From: an uncultured virus (IMG/VR IMGVR_UViG_3300028800_002448) | Lineage: Duplodnaviria > Heunggongvirae > Uroviricota > Caudoviricetes | Length of the DNA stretch: 64,000 nucleotides | IMG/VR virus record: IMGVR_UViG_3300028800_002448 | Reading direction: 5' to 3' (one strand) | Shown here: in pieces, positions 15,858-26,271 of the stretch | Layout of the letters: every line of letters begins with the position of its first letter | Position numbering within the stretch: position 1 is the stretch's first letter | Program-made: the position numbers and the translations under genes | Notes under the pieces: model-generated | Databases searched by the model: none | The model's input: the letters and a program-made list of their open reading frames with translations, nothing else | Told to the model about the DNA's origin: nothing

Positions 15858-18278
15858 TTATCCCATCTGACTTCCTACGATTCCCCAGGTGTAGCCGTTG
15901 GCGTCGGAGGGTCCGATGGCCGTGCCGACGATCTTGACGATCCCGGAGCCCGGGAGGTCTGTCTGCACGAGGCCGGCAGTCGTCTGCGAGAGGTAGAAGG
16001 TATCGCCTTGGACGGCGGCGACGTGGCCGCCGGAGAGGTCGACTTTGAAGAGGCCGGGCTGGCCCAGAAGGGAGATCATGATCAGGTTGGCGGTGGCGAT
16101 GTCACAGAGGGCTGGACCGAGTAGACCTTTCGCGTGAGCTGCGCTGTCAGCTTGCGCGAGGGCGCAGTTCTGGGACGTGTCGACGCCGCCAGTCGTGACG
16201 CGGGTCATGAGCGCGCGAGAGATGGTCGATCCTGTGGCGTTGTTGAAGGTGGTGTGTGCTCTGATCAGGCGAGCGTATGGGACGTTGTCGCTGTTCGGTC
16301 CGATGGTGTTCTTGAGCTGATCTTCGAGGCGGTAGAGGACCGTAGGAGCGAAGTTGAAGCTTGCATCGAAGAAGGGATAGTTGGTGATCTGGGTGTTGTT
16401 ACCCATGAGGTAGTTGGCGACGAGGTTGCCGAAGAGGCCGTACCCGTTCGCCGATGCGATCGTCACGTACGAGTCGCAGGCCGAGTCGAACTGCGACGCG
16501 GCGGCGGACCCGAAAGAGATGCCGTAGCTGTTGTTCCTGCCGGACAGGTTCCCGTTCGCTTGGTAGCGGACCATCGATCGAGTGCCGCCGATCGCGATGC
16601 CGGCCTTGCTGGCGTTCGTGGCGTTGGAGACGTCGGCCGCGGCGATGTTGAGGCTGGAGCCGATGGACGACAGCGCGCTGTTGTTGGGAGAAGCGATGAA
16701 CCTCGGGACTCCGGTGTTGCCGGCAGTGGCGATGATGGTGTAGGAGCCAACCGTCTGGTTTCCGGCCGATGAACCAGGCGTTCCGCAGCCCAGGAATTCG
16801 ACGCCTCCGAAGTAGGCGCCGCTGGTCATAGTCCCTTGGATGACGTTCGAGAACGTGATGATGTTGGCGGTGCGCGTGCTGAAGAAGTAGGCCGGGAAAG
16901 CTCTGTAGCTTGAGATCGAACATCCGCAGGCGGGGCCTCCGAGGAAGCCGGTTCCCATGTTGAGCACGGTGATGCCTGTTTCATCAGTGTAGGAGTTTGA
17001 GCAGTCGAACTCGCCGGTGCCTCCTACGCCTGCCGTTGAAGCGGTGAAGGAGGTGACTCCTTCGCAGAAGGTGGTACGGTCCATCCCCCTGAGGTTCCAG
17101 GTCGTCCCTTGGATCCCGACGTACTGCATGGCTTGAACGGCGGCGCCGCCGACTGGAGCGACGGAGCTGCCGGGGGAGTTGAATGCGGAGACGATGTTGT
17201 TGACGATGATGCCGGGCTGAGTGATGAAGCCGAAGTCGCCAGCAGCTATCGTTGCGGTGGGAGCTTGTGCCCAGACGACGCTGCCGGTGTCGTTCATGAT
17301 GATGCCGAGGGCCGTGTTCTGAAGGGCGACGGTCGGAGTGTTCGACGCCCAACGGAAGCGTTTGCCGACGATGCCGTCGACGGTGAAAGCAGGAGTCCCG
17401 CCACCGACGACCGTGAGCTTCCAGCGGGTATAGGTTCCTGACGTCCCGCCGAAGAGGTTGGGGATGCTCCTGGAGAGGTTGAGCGAGAAGGTGTTGGCGT
17501 CGATGACGGTGGCGACCCAGTAGCCGTTCAGGTATCCGTCCTCGGCGTTGGCGATGGTGCCGAGCCCACCGAAGCCTTGTCCGAAGATGCAGTCGCCGGT
17601 GTTGAGCCCGTGACCGGCTGCGGTGACCTTGACCGGCGTCGACGTGTAATCGACGGCCGTCGGCGTGATGGTTGTGGCGACGACCGTGTAGCCGGCAGAG
17701 CTGGTCCCGGGGACGATTACGTCTCCGACCTTGCGCTTGTCGAGGGTGGAGCGAGAGAAGTCGTCTGAGCCGCACCAGATGATCGACTTGAACCCGATCT
17801 CGTCCGTCATGTCGATCGTGCCGTAGCTGCCGGGCTTGAGGAGGCAGATGGCCTTGCCGCCGTTCCCGAAGAACCCGATGGCTGCGCGCGCAGCTTCGGT
17901 GGTCTTGAAGGGGCTGGCGGCTGCGATGGAAAGCGTCGGCGACGCGACGGCAGTCGCGTCGTTGCCGTTGGTGGCGTCGATGCAGAAGTAGACCGTCTGC
18001 GAGGTGAAGAAGATGGAGTAGTTCCACGCGACCCACTGCCTCGTAGGATCGTCGTTCGTGGCGATGATGCTGAAGCCGTCGGCAGTGCCGACAGCCGAAC
18101 GGAGGACGTAGAGCGTCCCGCTGCTCTGGACGAATGCCTCCTGACCGTTGGTGTAGCCGCCTTCCGTGAGAGGACCGAGCGTCGTGAAGCTGGTCAGCTC
18201 GGTCGGTGTGGCTGCGAGGACGGTGGCGGCGTATCCGACGCCGACGGTGGGGAGGTTGACGAAGCTGTTCGTGCCCAT
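15858..18278 (-). CDS. large spike/receptor-binding-like protein with MGTNSF domain
   Basis: shared N-terminal domain; IDATNGND..PFKT motif, TAAGHGLNTGD module, Gly/Ser/Thr-rich beta-helix-like body. Confidence 0.78.
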   Translation of the reverse strand: MGTNSFVNLPTVGVGYAATVLAATPTELTSFTTLGPLTEGGYTNGQEAFVQSSGTLYVLRSAVGTADGFSIIATNDDPTRQWVAWNYSIFFTSQTVYFCIDATNGNDATAVASPTLSIAAASPFKTTEAARAAIGFFGNGGKAICLLKPGSYGTIDMTDEIGFKSIIWCGSDDFSRSTLDKRKVGDVIVPGTSSAGYTVVATTITPTAVDYTSTPVKVTAAGHGLNTGDCIFGQGFGGLGTIANAEDGYLNGYWVATVIDANTFSLNLSRSIPNLFGGTSGTYTRWKLTVVGGGTPAFTVDGIVGKRFRWASNTPTVALQNTALGIIMNDTGSVVWAQAPTATIAAGDFGFITQPGIIVNNIVSAFNSPGSSVAPVGGAAVQAMQYVGIQGTTWNLRGMDRTTFCEGVTSFTASTAGVGGTGEFDCSNSYTDETGITVLNMGTGFLGGPACGCSISSYRAFPAYFFSTRTANIITFSNVIQGTMTSGAYFGGVEFLGCGTPGSSAGNQTVGSYTIIATAGNTGVPRFIASPNNSALSSIGSSLNIAAADVSNATNASKAGIAIGGTRSMVRYQANGNLSGRNNSYGISFGSAAASQFDSACDSYVTIASANGYGLFGNLVANYLMGNNTQITNYPFFDASFNFAPTVLYRLEDQLKNTIGPNSDNVPYARLIRAHTTFNNATGSTISRALMTRVTTGGVDTSQNCALAQADSAAHAKGLLGPALCDIATANLIMISLLGQPGLFKVDLSGGHVAAVQGDTFYLSQTTAGLVQTDLPGSGIVKIVGTAIGPSDANGYTWGIVGSQMG

Positions 18279-18279
18279 T

Positions 18280-20646
18280 TTAAGAGGGACCCTCTAACGT
18301 GGCTGTTCCGAAAAGTGTTTTAGTTGAGTCTCCCGCGTTGGTGAGAACGAGAGCGAACGTGTCGCCGTCTGCGTACAATATCGGGTGTGCTGTGTCGCTG
18401 ACGACTGACGTGGATCCTGCCGGGATGGTTACGGTCATGGCGGTTGACGAGCCATTCTTGAAGAGAGTGGCGATGACGTTCGTGGCGAAGTTGTTTGATT
18501 CTGGTTTGAAGCGGAGACGAGTGAACATCCTCAGCGAAGTGGGGTAGTCGATGGCTGTCAGGTTTGATGCTGGGGCAACGCCCGTGTCTGCCATGTACGA
18601 CGTGGTGGCCCCTACACCGCCGAGTATGCCGCCTGAGAACTTGAATCCGCTCAAAGACGTCTTGGAGGAGGCTATGAACGTGTTGCCTGCTTGATCAGTG
18701 AGGCCGCTGGCGGCAACTTGCGTCCACGACACGATCGTTCCATCGGAAAGTCGGATGTCGCCCACTGTGCCGGTGAGCGTAGGTGCTGCGGGGATGACGA
18801 TCGTGCAGCCGCGCGCGTTGGTGAGATCGAGACCGACGTCGGTGTTGCCAGAAGATCCACTGACCTGGCTGCCGATGCAAAAACGAGATTGACCGTAGAC
18901 TTTGATCGCAGGATGACCAGCTTGATTTTGAACGATGAGACGTCCGAATGTCAGTGATGAATTGATCACTTGAACGCCTGAATTCAAACCATCCGGACCA
19001 GTAGCCGATCCGAAAACGCGAACGGCTGACGCCGCGTTCGCGCACTTGGCTCCGATGATATTGGAGGGTTGAATGGCGGCAGGGTCAGTAGTGACGTCAA
19101 GACCGAGAGCTGTCAACACGAGGCCGCCAGCGACGAAGGAGCCGTTGGAGAAGTTGACTGAGATCAAGTCAGCTAATCCGACGCTCCCTGTGCATACGAC
19201 CGTGGTGATGAGGTTGATCCAGTTGAGGCCTGCGGCAACGATGCCTCCTTGGAGCGTTCCGGTGACGCGGAAAGGCGTGTTGATGGCTCGTTGAGTGGTC
19301 GTCTCGTCGTAGTAGTAGAGTTCACCTTCACACTGGGAGGTGATGCTGGGCGCGTTGGCGAAGCATCCGGTCAGACGGATGTTGGCGCCGACGCGGACCT
19401 TGACGGAGAAGTTGATGCCGACGATCTGGGGTGGAGCGGTGAACTGTGGAGTGCCTCCACCGTCGGAGTAGATCTGGAGATGCGTGTCGGCCGTGACGGT
19501 GACGCCCGGCATCTCGATGTAGAAGATGTCGGTGCCGCTGGGCGTGGCAGGCAGACCACCAGAGCTTGCACCGTCGACGTTCGCCGGTATGAGGAGCGTG
19601 TCCGACGCGGGGATTCCGATGATCGAGGCACACACGTTGCGGAGGGCGACGGTGCTCGTGTTCGCATCGAAGCGGATGCGTGCGCCCATCGGCAGGGGAG
19701 CGGCTGTCTCAGCTGGGAAGCCTGGAGAGCCCGACGCGACGGTCAGGCATTTGAGGTTCTGCACGTCGAATGGTGAGACCGGGTTGTAGCCAGCCGCGTT
19801 CATGCCGGTGGCGGTGACGAACCCTGCCATGATCTTGTCGGCGACGCTGTTGTCGAACGCCACGCATCCGGCTGTCGAGCTGGTTATGGTGGGAAGGAGG
19901 AGCGGGCAGTTTGCGGCGTAGCCGACGACGCCTGCGAGCATGACGTCGAGCGGGTCTGAATAGCTGCCTGCCGCGATGCGGATGACGACCTTCCTGCCGG
20001 CGCCCTGACGGGGGAAGATCGCACCGAGCCCGGCGATCGTCTGCTTTGCTTTGGTGCCGGCGTCGGCGCTGGAGACGTCGGAGAAGCCGGCGTTGGCGTC
20101 GTTGCCGTTGACGCCGTCGATGGCGTACCAGCGCACGTTCGCGATGGGCCACTGCGCTTCGATCTTCTGACCTGGAACCGCATCAGATCGAATCGTCGTC
20201 GAAGCCGTGCCTGGGACACCCTCGTTCGGTCCGATGTCGGCGGGCGTCGCGAACCCTGCCGGTGGTCCTTGAGGACCTGTGGGACCGATGGCGCCCGTCG
20301 GACCAGCCGGTCCAGTGGCGCCATTGGATCCGGCGGGTCCGGTAGCACCCTGTGGGCCAGTAGGTCCGGCGACTCCCGAGGGACCTCCGACGATGGCGAC
20401 CCACTGTCGCGTGGGGTCATCGAACGTCGCGATGATCTTGTTGTTGTCGGGAACGCCGACGGCGGCCTGAAGCGCGTACATGAGGCCCGTCGTCTGAACG
20501 AAGGCGGTCTGTCCGTTCTGATACCCACCTTCGGTCAAAGGGCCGAGTGTGGTGAAGCTGGACAGATCTGACGGCATCGTCGCGAGAACGGTCGCGGCGT
20601 ATCCGACTCCGACGGTCGGCAGGTTGACGAAGCTGTTGGTTCCCAT
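18280..20646 (-). CDS. large spike-like protein with MGTNSF domain and collagen-like hinge
   Basis: shared N-terminal domain; ~13 Gly-X-Y triplets (GPTGPQGATGPAG...); paralogous to 20653. Confidence 0.8.
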   Translation of the reverse strand: MGTNSFVNLPTVGVGYAATVLATMPSDLSSFTTLGPLTEGGYQNGQTAFVQTTGLMYALQAAVGVPDNNKIIATFDDPTRQWVAIVGGPSGVAGPTGPQGATGPAGSNGATGPAGPTGAIGPTGPQGPPAGFATPADIGPNEGVPGTASTTIRSDAVPGQKIEAQWPIANVRWYAIDGVNGNDANAGFSDVSSADAGTKAKQTIAGLGAIFPRQGAGRKVVIRIAAGSYSDPLDVMLAGVVGYAANCPLLLPTITSSTAGCVAFDNSVADKIMAGFVTATGMNAAGYNPVSPFDVQNLKCLTVASGSPGFPAETAAPLPMGARIRFDANTSTVALRNVCASIIGIPASDTLLIPANVDGASSGGLPATPSGTDIFYIEMPGVTVTADTHLQIYSDGGGTPQFTAPPQIVGINFSVKVRVGANIRLTGCFANAPSITSQCEGELYYYDETTTQRAINTPFRVTGTLQGGIVAAGLNWINLITTVVCTGSVGLADLISVNFSNGSFVAGGLVLTALGLDVTTDPAAIQPSNIIGAKCANAASAVRVFGSATGPDGLNSGVQVINSSLTFGRLIVQNQAGHPAIKVYGQSRFCIGSQVSGSSGNTDVGLDLTNARGCTIVIPAAPTLTGTVGDIRLSDGTIVSWTQVAASGLTDQAGNTFIASSKTSLSGFKFSGGILGGVGATTSYMADTGVAPASNLTAIDYPTSLRMFTRLRFKPESNNFATNVIATLFKNGSSTAMTVTIPAGSTSVVSDTAHPILYADGDTFALVLTNAGDSTKTLFGTATLEGPS

Positions 20647-20652
20647 TTTTTC

Positions 20653-22803
20653 CTAGGAGATCGCGACGATGACGGAGACAGACAAGGTGTGACCCACGTC
20701 TGCTGATGGATCGTCGAGGCGGAGATCGAGAAGGTCTTCGAGCATGAAGATCGTGTTGGCAGAGGGGAACGCTGCGACGGCAGCAGTCGATCCAGCCGGT
20801 ATGGTGACTGCTATGCCGGTGGCGACTCCGTTCTGGTAGACGGTTGCCGTGCAGTTGTGGGTCATGGTGTTGACGCGCGGCTTGACCTGGATCCTGGTGA
20901 CGTACCCGCCGTCGAGAGGGTAGTTGATGGGAGAAACGTTGTTGCTTCCGGGCGTGATGTCTCCGTCGTCCGAGAGGTACGTGAAGACGGATGAAGCACC
21001 ACCGAGGAGGGTCCCGGAGAACTTGAGCTTGCAGGTGCTTATGACCTGAGCACCACCTCCAGCGCTGGGCACGCAGATGTACTGGTTGTTGGCGTTCTCC
21101 CGGAAGCCGAGACCACCGTTGACGACGTTTGGCCAGAAGGTGCCGAGGTTCGACGACAGGTAGAGGTCTGCGAAAGTTCCGGTGATCGTCGGCGGATGGG
21201 TTGCGTTGAGCAGTATCGTGAGGCCTTTGGCGAAGGTCGTATAGAGTCCGGCGATGCCGTTGTTCGTACCGGTGATGGCCGTGTTGGCGTTGCCCGATCC
21301 GAAGTCGATCAGAAGTCTTTGCGAGTATCCGTTTGCGCCGATATATATTCCTGCGCTGGGGATGGGCGTGTTGGAAGAGTCAAGTTGGTCGATCCTGATC
21401 GATCCGCCGCCGCTGAGGGCTAACGCGTTGGCGAGGATGCGCGGGCCGACGCCGACGATTGCGGCATTGCTTCCGAAGGACGTTTGGGAAATCTGGCACT
21501 GAGGATCGGTGATCGTAACTTGGCTTCCGTACGTGACGCCTCCGCTGTTGAACAGAGAATATGGCGACGTGAATGTTCCACCGCTTGCCAGCGTGCATGC
21601 GGTGAGGCTGGGCACCGAACGGTTCGACGAGAAAGTGCCTGACGTCCTAGAGGATCCGACCGTCAAGTTTCCCAACACTGGATGTTGATACAGCGTGCTG
21701 AGAGTGAACGATTGGTTGGTATTCTCGAACCATTGCGTGAATTGACAGAACCCGAGGAGCCAAGATCCGAAGTCGAAAGTGGCTGAGGCCGTGAATGAGA
21801 TCCCTGCGAAGTCGGCTCTCGCGGCTCCCGCCATGAACGTGGCGCTGAGGACCATGCCGGGGATGGCGATGCCGGCCTGCTCGATGTAGAAGACGTCGTT
21901 CGAGGCCGGGACGGCGGGGAGGGCCGTCGACCAGACGAGAGTGTCTCCTCCGCTGACCTTCGAGATCGTGCGGCAGACGTTCCTGAGCGCGACGGTCGGC
22001 GTCGTGACGCTGAACCTGACGCGCAGGCCGCAGGGGATCGCAGGCTCTGCTGCGAACGTGGGAGCGCCGCCACCGTTGAGGACGCACTGGACTGTGGAGG
22101 TGGTGGGGCTTCCGGTCGGGTTGTACCCGTTGGTGTTCAACCCCGTGCCGGTGACGGCTCCGAGGTAGGTGCAGTCGTTGATGGAGCCGTCGAATGCAGT
22201 GCAGCCGGCCGTGGTGTTGGTTCCGGTGGCCCTACAATCGAAGGCTGCGTAGCCGGTCATGGATCCGATGGCGATCGTGAGCGCACTGGCGTAGGTCTCG
22301 ACGGTGTTGACGCCTCCGTTGGCGAAGACGATCTCGACCTTGTGGTCGTTGCCGAAGCTCGGGAAGATGGCTGCGAGGCCTGCGATGGTCTTGAGCGCGC
22401 GAGAGCCGGCGAGCTGGCACGCGGTTGCGTAGTCGCTGGCGGAAGTCGTGGCGGGGTCGGCATAGCCGACGTTGGTGTCGATCCCGTTGACGAAGTCGAC
22501 TGCGTAGACGCGAGTGGTGTTGATGTTCCACGATGCCGAGGGACCGGTGAGCGCTACCCACTGTCGAGTCGGGTCGTCGTTCGTGGCGATGATGGTCAGA
22601 CCGTCGGCCGTACCGACTGCGAGGCGCAGGACGTAGGTCATGCCCGTGCTGTCGATGTAGGCGATCTGTCCGTCGGTGTATCCGCCTTCCGTGATCGGAC
22701 CGAGCGTCGTGAAGCTCGTCAACTGCGTCGGAGTCGACGCGAGCACGGTCGCGGCATAGCCGACGCCGACGGTGGGGAGGTTGACGAAGCTGTTGGTTCC
22801 CAT
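20653..22803 (-). CDS. large spike-like protein with MGTNSF domain
   Basis: shared N-terminal domain; TAGC.AFD, GYNP, TVALRNVC, FYIE, KFSG, VTIPAGST blocks shared with 18280. Confidence 0.8.
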   Translation of the reverse strand: MGTNSFVNLPTVGVGYAATVLASTPTQLTSFTTLGPITEGGYTDGQIAYIDSTGMTYVLRLAVGTADGLTIIATNDDPTRQWVALTGPSASWNINTTRVYAVDFVNGIDTNVGYADPATTSASDYATACQLAGSRALKTIAGLAAIFPSFGNDHKVEIVFANGGVNTVETYASALTIAIGSMTGYAAFDCRATGTNTTAGCTAFDGSINDCTYLGAVTGTGLNTNGYNPTGSPTTSTVQCVLNGGGAPTFAAEPAIPCGLRVRFSVTTPTVALRNVCRTISKVSGGDTLVWSTALPAVPASNDVFYIEQAGIAIPGMVLSATFMAGAARADFAGISFTASATFDFGSWLLGFCQFTQWFENTNQSFTLSTLYQHPVLGNLTVGSSRTSGTFSSNRSVPSLTACTLASGGTFTSPYSLFNSGGVTYGSQVTITDPQCQISQTSFGSNAAIVGVGPRILANALALSGGGSIRIDQLDSSNTPIPSAGIYIGANGYSQRLLIDFGSGNANTAITGTNNGIAGLYTTFAKGLTILLNATHPPTITGTFADLYLSSNLGTFWPNVVNGGLGFRENANNQYICVPSAGGGAQVISTCKLKFSGTLLGGASSVFTYLSDDGDITPGSNNVSPINYPLDGGYVTRIQVKPRVNTMTHNCTATVYQNGVATGIAVTIPAGSTAAVAAFPSANTIFMLEDLLDLRLDDPSADVGHTLSVSVIVAIS

Positions 22804-22810
22804 GGTTTGC

Positions 22811-23308
22811 TCAGATGATCGGTTGGTCGTTGTCTGAGATCAGGATGCCGTCGTACTTGCCGCGCGTGACGACGCGGCTGTCGGGGTAGAGGAAGTAGTC
22901 TTGGCCGTCGGACGTCCATCGATCCGTGGGCTCGTCCTTGGGAAGCTCTTCTTTGAAGAGCTTGGCCCAGGCCTGTTCGATCGAACGATGCTCGAAGTGA
23001 TCGAGGGTCCTTTGGGCTTGAGTGATGCGACCGTTGTGGCCTTGGATCTCAGACGAAAGTCGATCGTGAGCTTTCTTCTTGTCGTCGTAACGAAGCTTCA
23101 GGACTTCGTCTTTGGGTGTCTGGCTGAGCGCGCTGGTCAACGCGACGATGTCGTCAGCGTGGCCCCGGCGTGACTTCTCCTTGTCCCTGATGACATCGGG
23201 GAGTGAAGAGCAATCTTTCTTGGCCTCGTTGTACCTGTCGTGATGCTCGGGTATGGAGGACCAGACGAGGCCCGAGCTTGTGAGCCAGCGCGGAGGGATG
23301 TCGTCCAT
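22811..23308 (-). CDS. charged coiled-coil hypothetical protein
   Basis: fills the gap between MGTNSF paralogs; heptad-like central region. Confidence 0.65.
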   Translation of the reverse strand: MDDIPPRWLTSSGLVWSSIPEHHDRYNEAKKDCSSLPDVIRDKEKSRRGHADDIVALTSALSQTPKDEVLKLRYDDKKKAHDRLSSEIQGHNGRITQAQRTLDHFEHRSIEQAWAKLFKEELPKDEPTDRWTSDGQDYFLYPDSRVVTRGKYDGILISDNDQPII

Positions 23309-23312
23309 TTTT

Positions 23313-23981
23313 CTACTTGTAGAGGTAGAAGGTCGCCGTCACGCGTGCTTTGAAGACGGTCGCGCTGCCGAGGCCGGCGCCGCTCGTGATCTTGACGACG
23401 AGGCCGTTGCCGATGCTGGCGTCGAGGTTGGAGTTGGCGGCGACGCCGCCAGCGAGGACGGTGCGGGTGTCCACGGCTGCCGTGGCGATGGCAGCGTTGA
23501 GCGTGGACGCCGCGAGATCTGTCGCGCCAGCATCGAAGCCACCTTGTGCCGTGGGACCGGCTGAGACGGTGCCGTCGCGCTGGGTCAGGATCCAGGCGAG
23601 GACGAGGACGGTCCCGACCTTGTAGTTGAGAGGAGGGAGCAGCTCGACGTTCTGAACCTGCGTGAGGTCCAGCTCAGCCGAGATGACGCTGACGAAGCCC
23701 TGCAAGATGGACGTGGACACCCACTGCCTGGTGGGATCGTCCGACGTCGGGATGACGTAGATCGAGTCCGGTGCGCTTGAGACGGCAGGCTGCAAGCTGT
23801 AGGTGCCCGTGCCGAGCACGGGTACAGCTGCGACGTTCGCCTGCTGTCCGTTGGCGTACCCGCCTTCGGTGAGCGGACCGAGCGTGACGAAGCTCGCGAG
23901 TTCGGCCGGCGAGGCGGCCATGACGGTGGACGAGTAGCCCACACCGACGGTCGGGAGATTGACGAAGCTGTTCGTGCCCAA
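23313..23981 (-). CDS. short MGTNSF-domain protein (penton/vertex-base candidate)
   Basis: shared N-terminal domain plus ~130-aa beta-rich C-terminal domain; TTG start after GGAG. Confidence 0.72.
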   Translation of the reverse strand: MGTNSFVNLPTVGVGYSSTVMAASPAELASFVTLGPLTEGGYANGQQANVAAVPVLGTGTYSLQPAVSSAPDSIYVIPTSDDPTRQWVSTSILQGFVSVISAELDLTQVQNVELLPPLNYKVGTVLVLAWILTQRDGTVSAGPTAQGGFDAGATDLAASTLNAAIATAAVDTRTVLAGGVAANSNLDASIGNGLVVKITSGAGLGSATVFKARVTATFYLYK

Positions 23982-24185
23982 GGGACTCCTTTCGAGACGC
24001 GTGAAAAAGGACGCGGCTCCACTGAGGAAGTAGCCTTGGGGGCTCAGGAACAGTCTACTATGGGGACCTAGGGGACGGAAGTAACATGGTGGCCACCTTG
24101 ATGACGCTCATGGGCATCGGATACGGAGCGAGGCAAGTCGCGAGCGTCTTTCTGCGGCCGGTCCTGAGGCCGATCTTGGACAGGC

Positions 24186-24689
24186 TCAGTCGCGGTGGCG
24201 TCGGGCCATCAAAGCCTTCATGACTGCCACGTCCTGCTGCGTGGCTTGAGATGAAAGACCTTGGTTCTTGACCTCCTTGATCAGCTCGTCCAAGGAATGC
24301 TGAAGGTTGACCTGGGCCGAGATCGTCGTGGTCTGGAAGTTGTCTCTTTCCTTCTGATCGACGACGTACTCGTCTCTGGTCGTGAAGAACTGCTTGCCGA
24401 GCACCCATACGATCACGCCGACGGCTGCGAGGCCCACGCAGATGGCGGCGATGGCCCTGCCGACCTTGCCGAGCGTGTCGTCAGGGGGCGGCGGAGGCTG
24501 GCCCATGAGGTAGCTCGACGACATGTCGAACGGCTGCGGCTGCATGGGCACGGCTCCGCCCATGGATTGCGCCGGGATGCCGGTCGGGTCGGTCGGATAC
24601 CTTCTCTGTTCCATTCTTGTCGTGGTGACAAATTCGTTGGTCGGGGTCGGGTCCATCGAGTCGTAGTCGTCGATGGGTTGTGCGACCAT
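24186..24689 (-). CDS. single-TM plus coiled-coil membrane protein (holin-like architecture)
   Basis: AIAAICVGLAAVGVIVWVL TM segment followed by a heptad region. Confidence 0.6.
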   Translation of the reverse strand: MVAQPIDDYDSMDPTPTNEFVTTTRMEQRRYPTDPTGIPAQSMGGAVPMQPQPFDMSSSYLMGQPPPPPDDTLGKVGRAIAAICVGLAAVGVIVWVLGKQFFTTRDEYVVDQKERDNFQTTTISAQVNLQHSLDELIKEVKNQGLSSQATQQDVAVMKALMARRHRD

Positions 24690-24738
24690 GGCCATCCTCG
24701 CGATCTTACTTGTTTGCCGCGGGCGATAGAAGTCTCTG

Positions 24739-25500
24739 CTAGGTTGCAGAGATCGAGGGCTGCGTGAGCTTCCCACTCCACGCCTTCATGAGCGCGAAGG
24801 ACGGGAGATATCCGGGGTTCCAGAGGTCTTCTTCGGTGAAGCGTCGGGAGATTTCAGCCTTCAGCTCACTTGGGATCTTCTGAGCGGCCTCGTAGGAAAG
24901 CTCGACGAACATCTCATTCGAGGGCGTCTTCGGGCCGCGGGGAGCGCCGAAGAACATGTACGTTCGGCCGTGGGGTCGGGGACGCGCGATGGCGTACTCC
25001 TCCAAGTATCCGTTGGCCTTCCTGCGGAGGATGTAGATGCCGGGGAGGCCGACAGCATCGCTGCGGAAGGAGTTTCCGTAGCTCCACCCCTTGGCTTCCA
25101 CGGGCATGATGCCGAGCTTCTTCCAGAACTTCTCGACGGCGTCTTCCATCTGTTGCTTGGTGATGCGGCCGGACTCGCCAGTGCCGACCATGTAGCGGAT
25201 CTTGCCGTCGTTCTTGATGAAGCCGAGGAGCCCCTTGACCTCGCTCCACTCGCGGTTGCGGTAGTCGTACGAGGGGCCCTTGATCCAGACGTCCTTCTCC
25301 AGATCGCGCTGGCTCGTGCCGCCGCCCTGCCAGAAGTCGTAGTTGTGACCGTTCATGCTGACGGTCGTGAGCAACGTGTCGTCGAGGTAGCGGAAGGGCG
25401 ACTTGCGCGGCTTGCCTGCGTCGACCGGATCGACGCCGACCTTCAGGCAGCCCTTGGCCATCGAGAACTCGTTTTCGAAGCGCGACTTGATCTTGGGCAT
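24739..25500 (-). CDS. hypothetical protein
   Basis: SD AAGGAAAG, typical codon usage. Confidence 0.75.
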   Translation of the reverse strand: MPKIKSRFENEFSMAKGCLKVGVDPVDAGKPRKSPFRYLDDTLLTTVSMNGHNYDFWQGGGTSQRDLEKDVWIKGPSYDYRNREWSEVKGLLGFIKNDGKIRYMVGTGESGRITKQQMEDAVEKFWKKLGIMPVEAKGWSYGNSFRSDAVGLPGIYILRRKANGYLEEYAIARPRPHGRTYMFFGAPRGPKTPSNEMFVELSYEAAQKIPSELKAEISRRFTEEDLWNPGYLPSFALMKAWSGKLTQPSISAT

Positions 25501-25510
25501 GTGCTTTCCT

Positions 25511-26047
25511 TTACGGACGTTTCTTGAGCTTCTTGATGAAGTCTTCGTCGGTTTGGAGACCGTGCTTCTTGATGACCTCGACCGAAGCGGGGATGCCCGA
25601 TGCGATCTTGGTTGCTCCCTGTCGAAGACCGGTGTCTGGGTCGACCGGGTGAACGTGGGAGGCTCGATGCAGGTCGCCGTTGACGAGGAAGTATTCGTGG
25701 AGGCCCTCGGGGTGGATGACCTGCCATGCGACGTGACCGGCCGACTTCTTCCTCATGACGAGGTGGACAAGCTCGCCGATCTCGTCGAGCTTTTTCTGGG
25801 TGGCCGATGACATGATGAGCGTGCGTGCGCGGACGTACTTGATCTTGCGGGCGACGAGGTGTTTCTCGATCGAGTCGAGGTAGGCCTTGCGCGTCGCGAG
25901 GGTCTTCGACTTCCACCCGCCGGGAGGCGCAGCAGCGTCGACGTAGATCGCTTCGATGCGGGCGCGCGAGGGTTTGCCGTCAGGGCCCTTGCCCTCGACC
26001 CTTGCGGCGTGGAGGGCGCGCACGAAGAGGCTCTCGGTCGTGCTCAT
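25511..26047 (-). CDS. hypothetical protein with ESLFVRALHAA N-terminal tag variant
   Basis: operon packing; N-terminal helix resembles the DLYxKALxAA tag. Confidence 0.7.
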   Translation of the reverse strand: MSTTESLFVRALHAARVEGKGPDGKPSRARIEAIYVDAAAPPGGWKSKTLATRKAYLDSIEKHLVARKIKYVRARTLIMSSATQKKLDEIGELVHLVMRKKSAGHVAWQVIHPEGLHEYFLVNGDLHRASHVHPVDPDTGLRQGATKIASGIPASVEVIKKHGLQTDEDFIKKLKKRP

Positions 26048-26271
26048 GCAGGGACACCCGCCTTTGCGATGCGGTTGTAGAGGCTGCCGGCCTCGATCGT
26101 CATGCCGCTCTTGAGGATCGCGAACTCGGCGATGACGGTACCCTTGAGGACGTCCTTGTCCAGCGGGCCGATGTACTTGTAGAGCTTCGTGATGGTGTCG
26201 CGGTTAGGCTGCCACCAGACCTCGATGGTGTCGCCCACGCGAAGCTCGGAGGCGTCGACGTTGGTCTCCAT
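26044..26271 (-). CDS. small SH3-like protein
   Basis: ASELRVGDTI motif; TGATG coupling. Confidence 0.6.
   Translation of the reverse strand: METNVDASELRVGDTIEVWWQPNRDTITKLYKYIGPLDKDVLKGTVIAEFAILKSGMTIEAGSLYNRIAKAGVPA

Noticed and set aside
15002..23981. Diversity-generating retroelement or invertible shufflon acting on the spike genes
   Set aside because: No reverse transcriptase or invertase in the window, no adenine-specific TR/VR pair noticed, and all copies are full co-oriented genes
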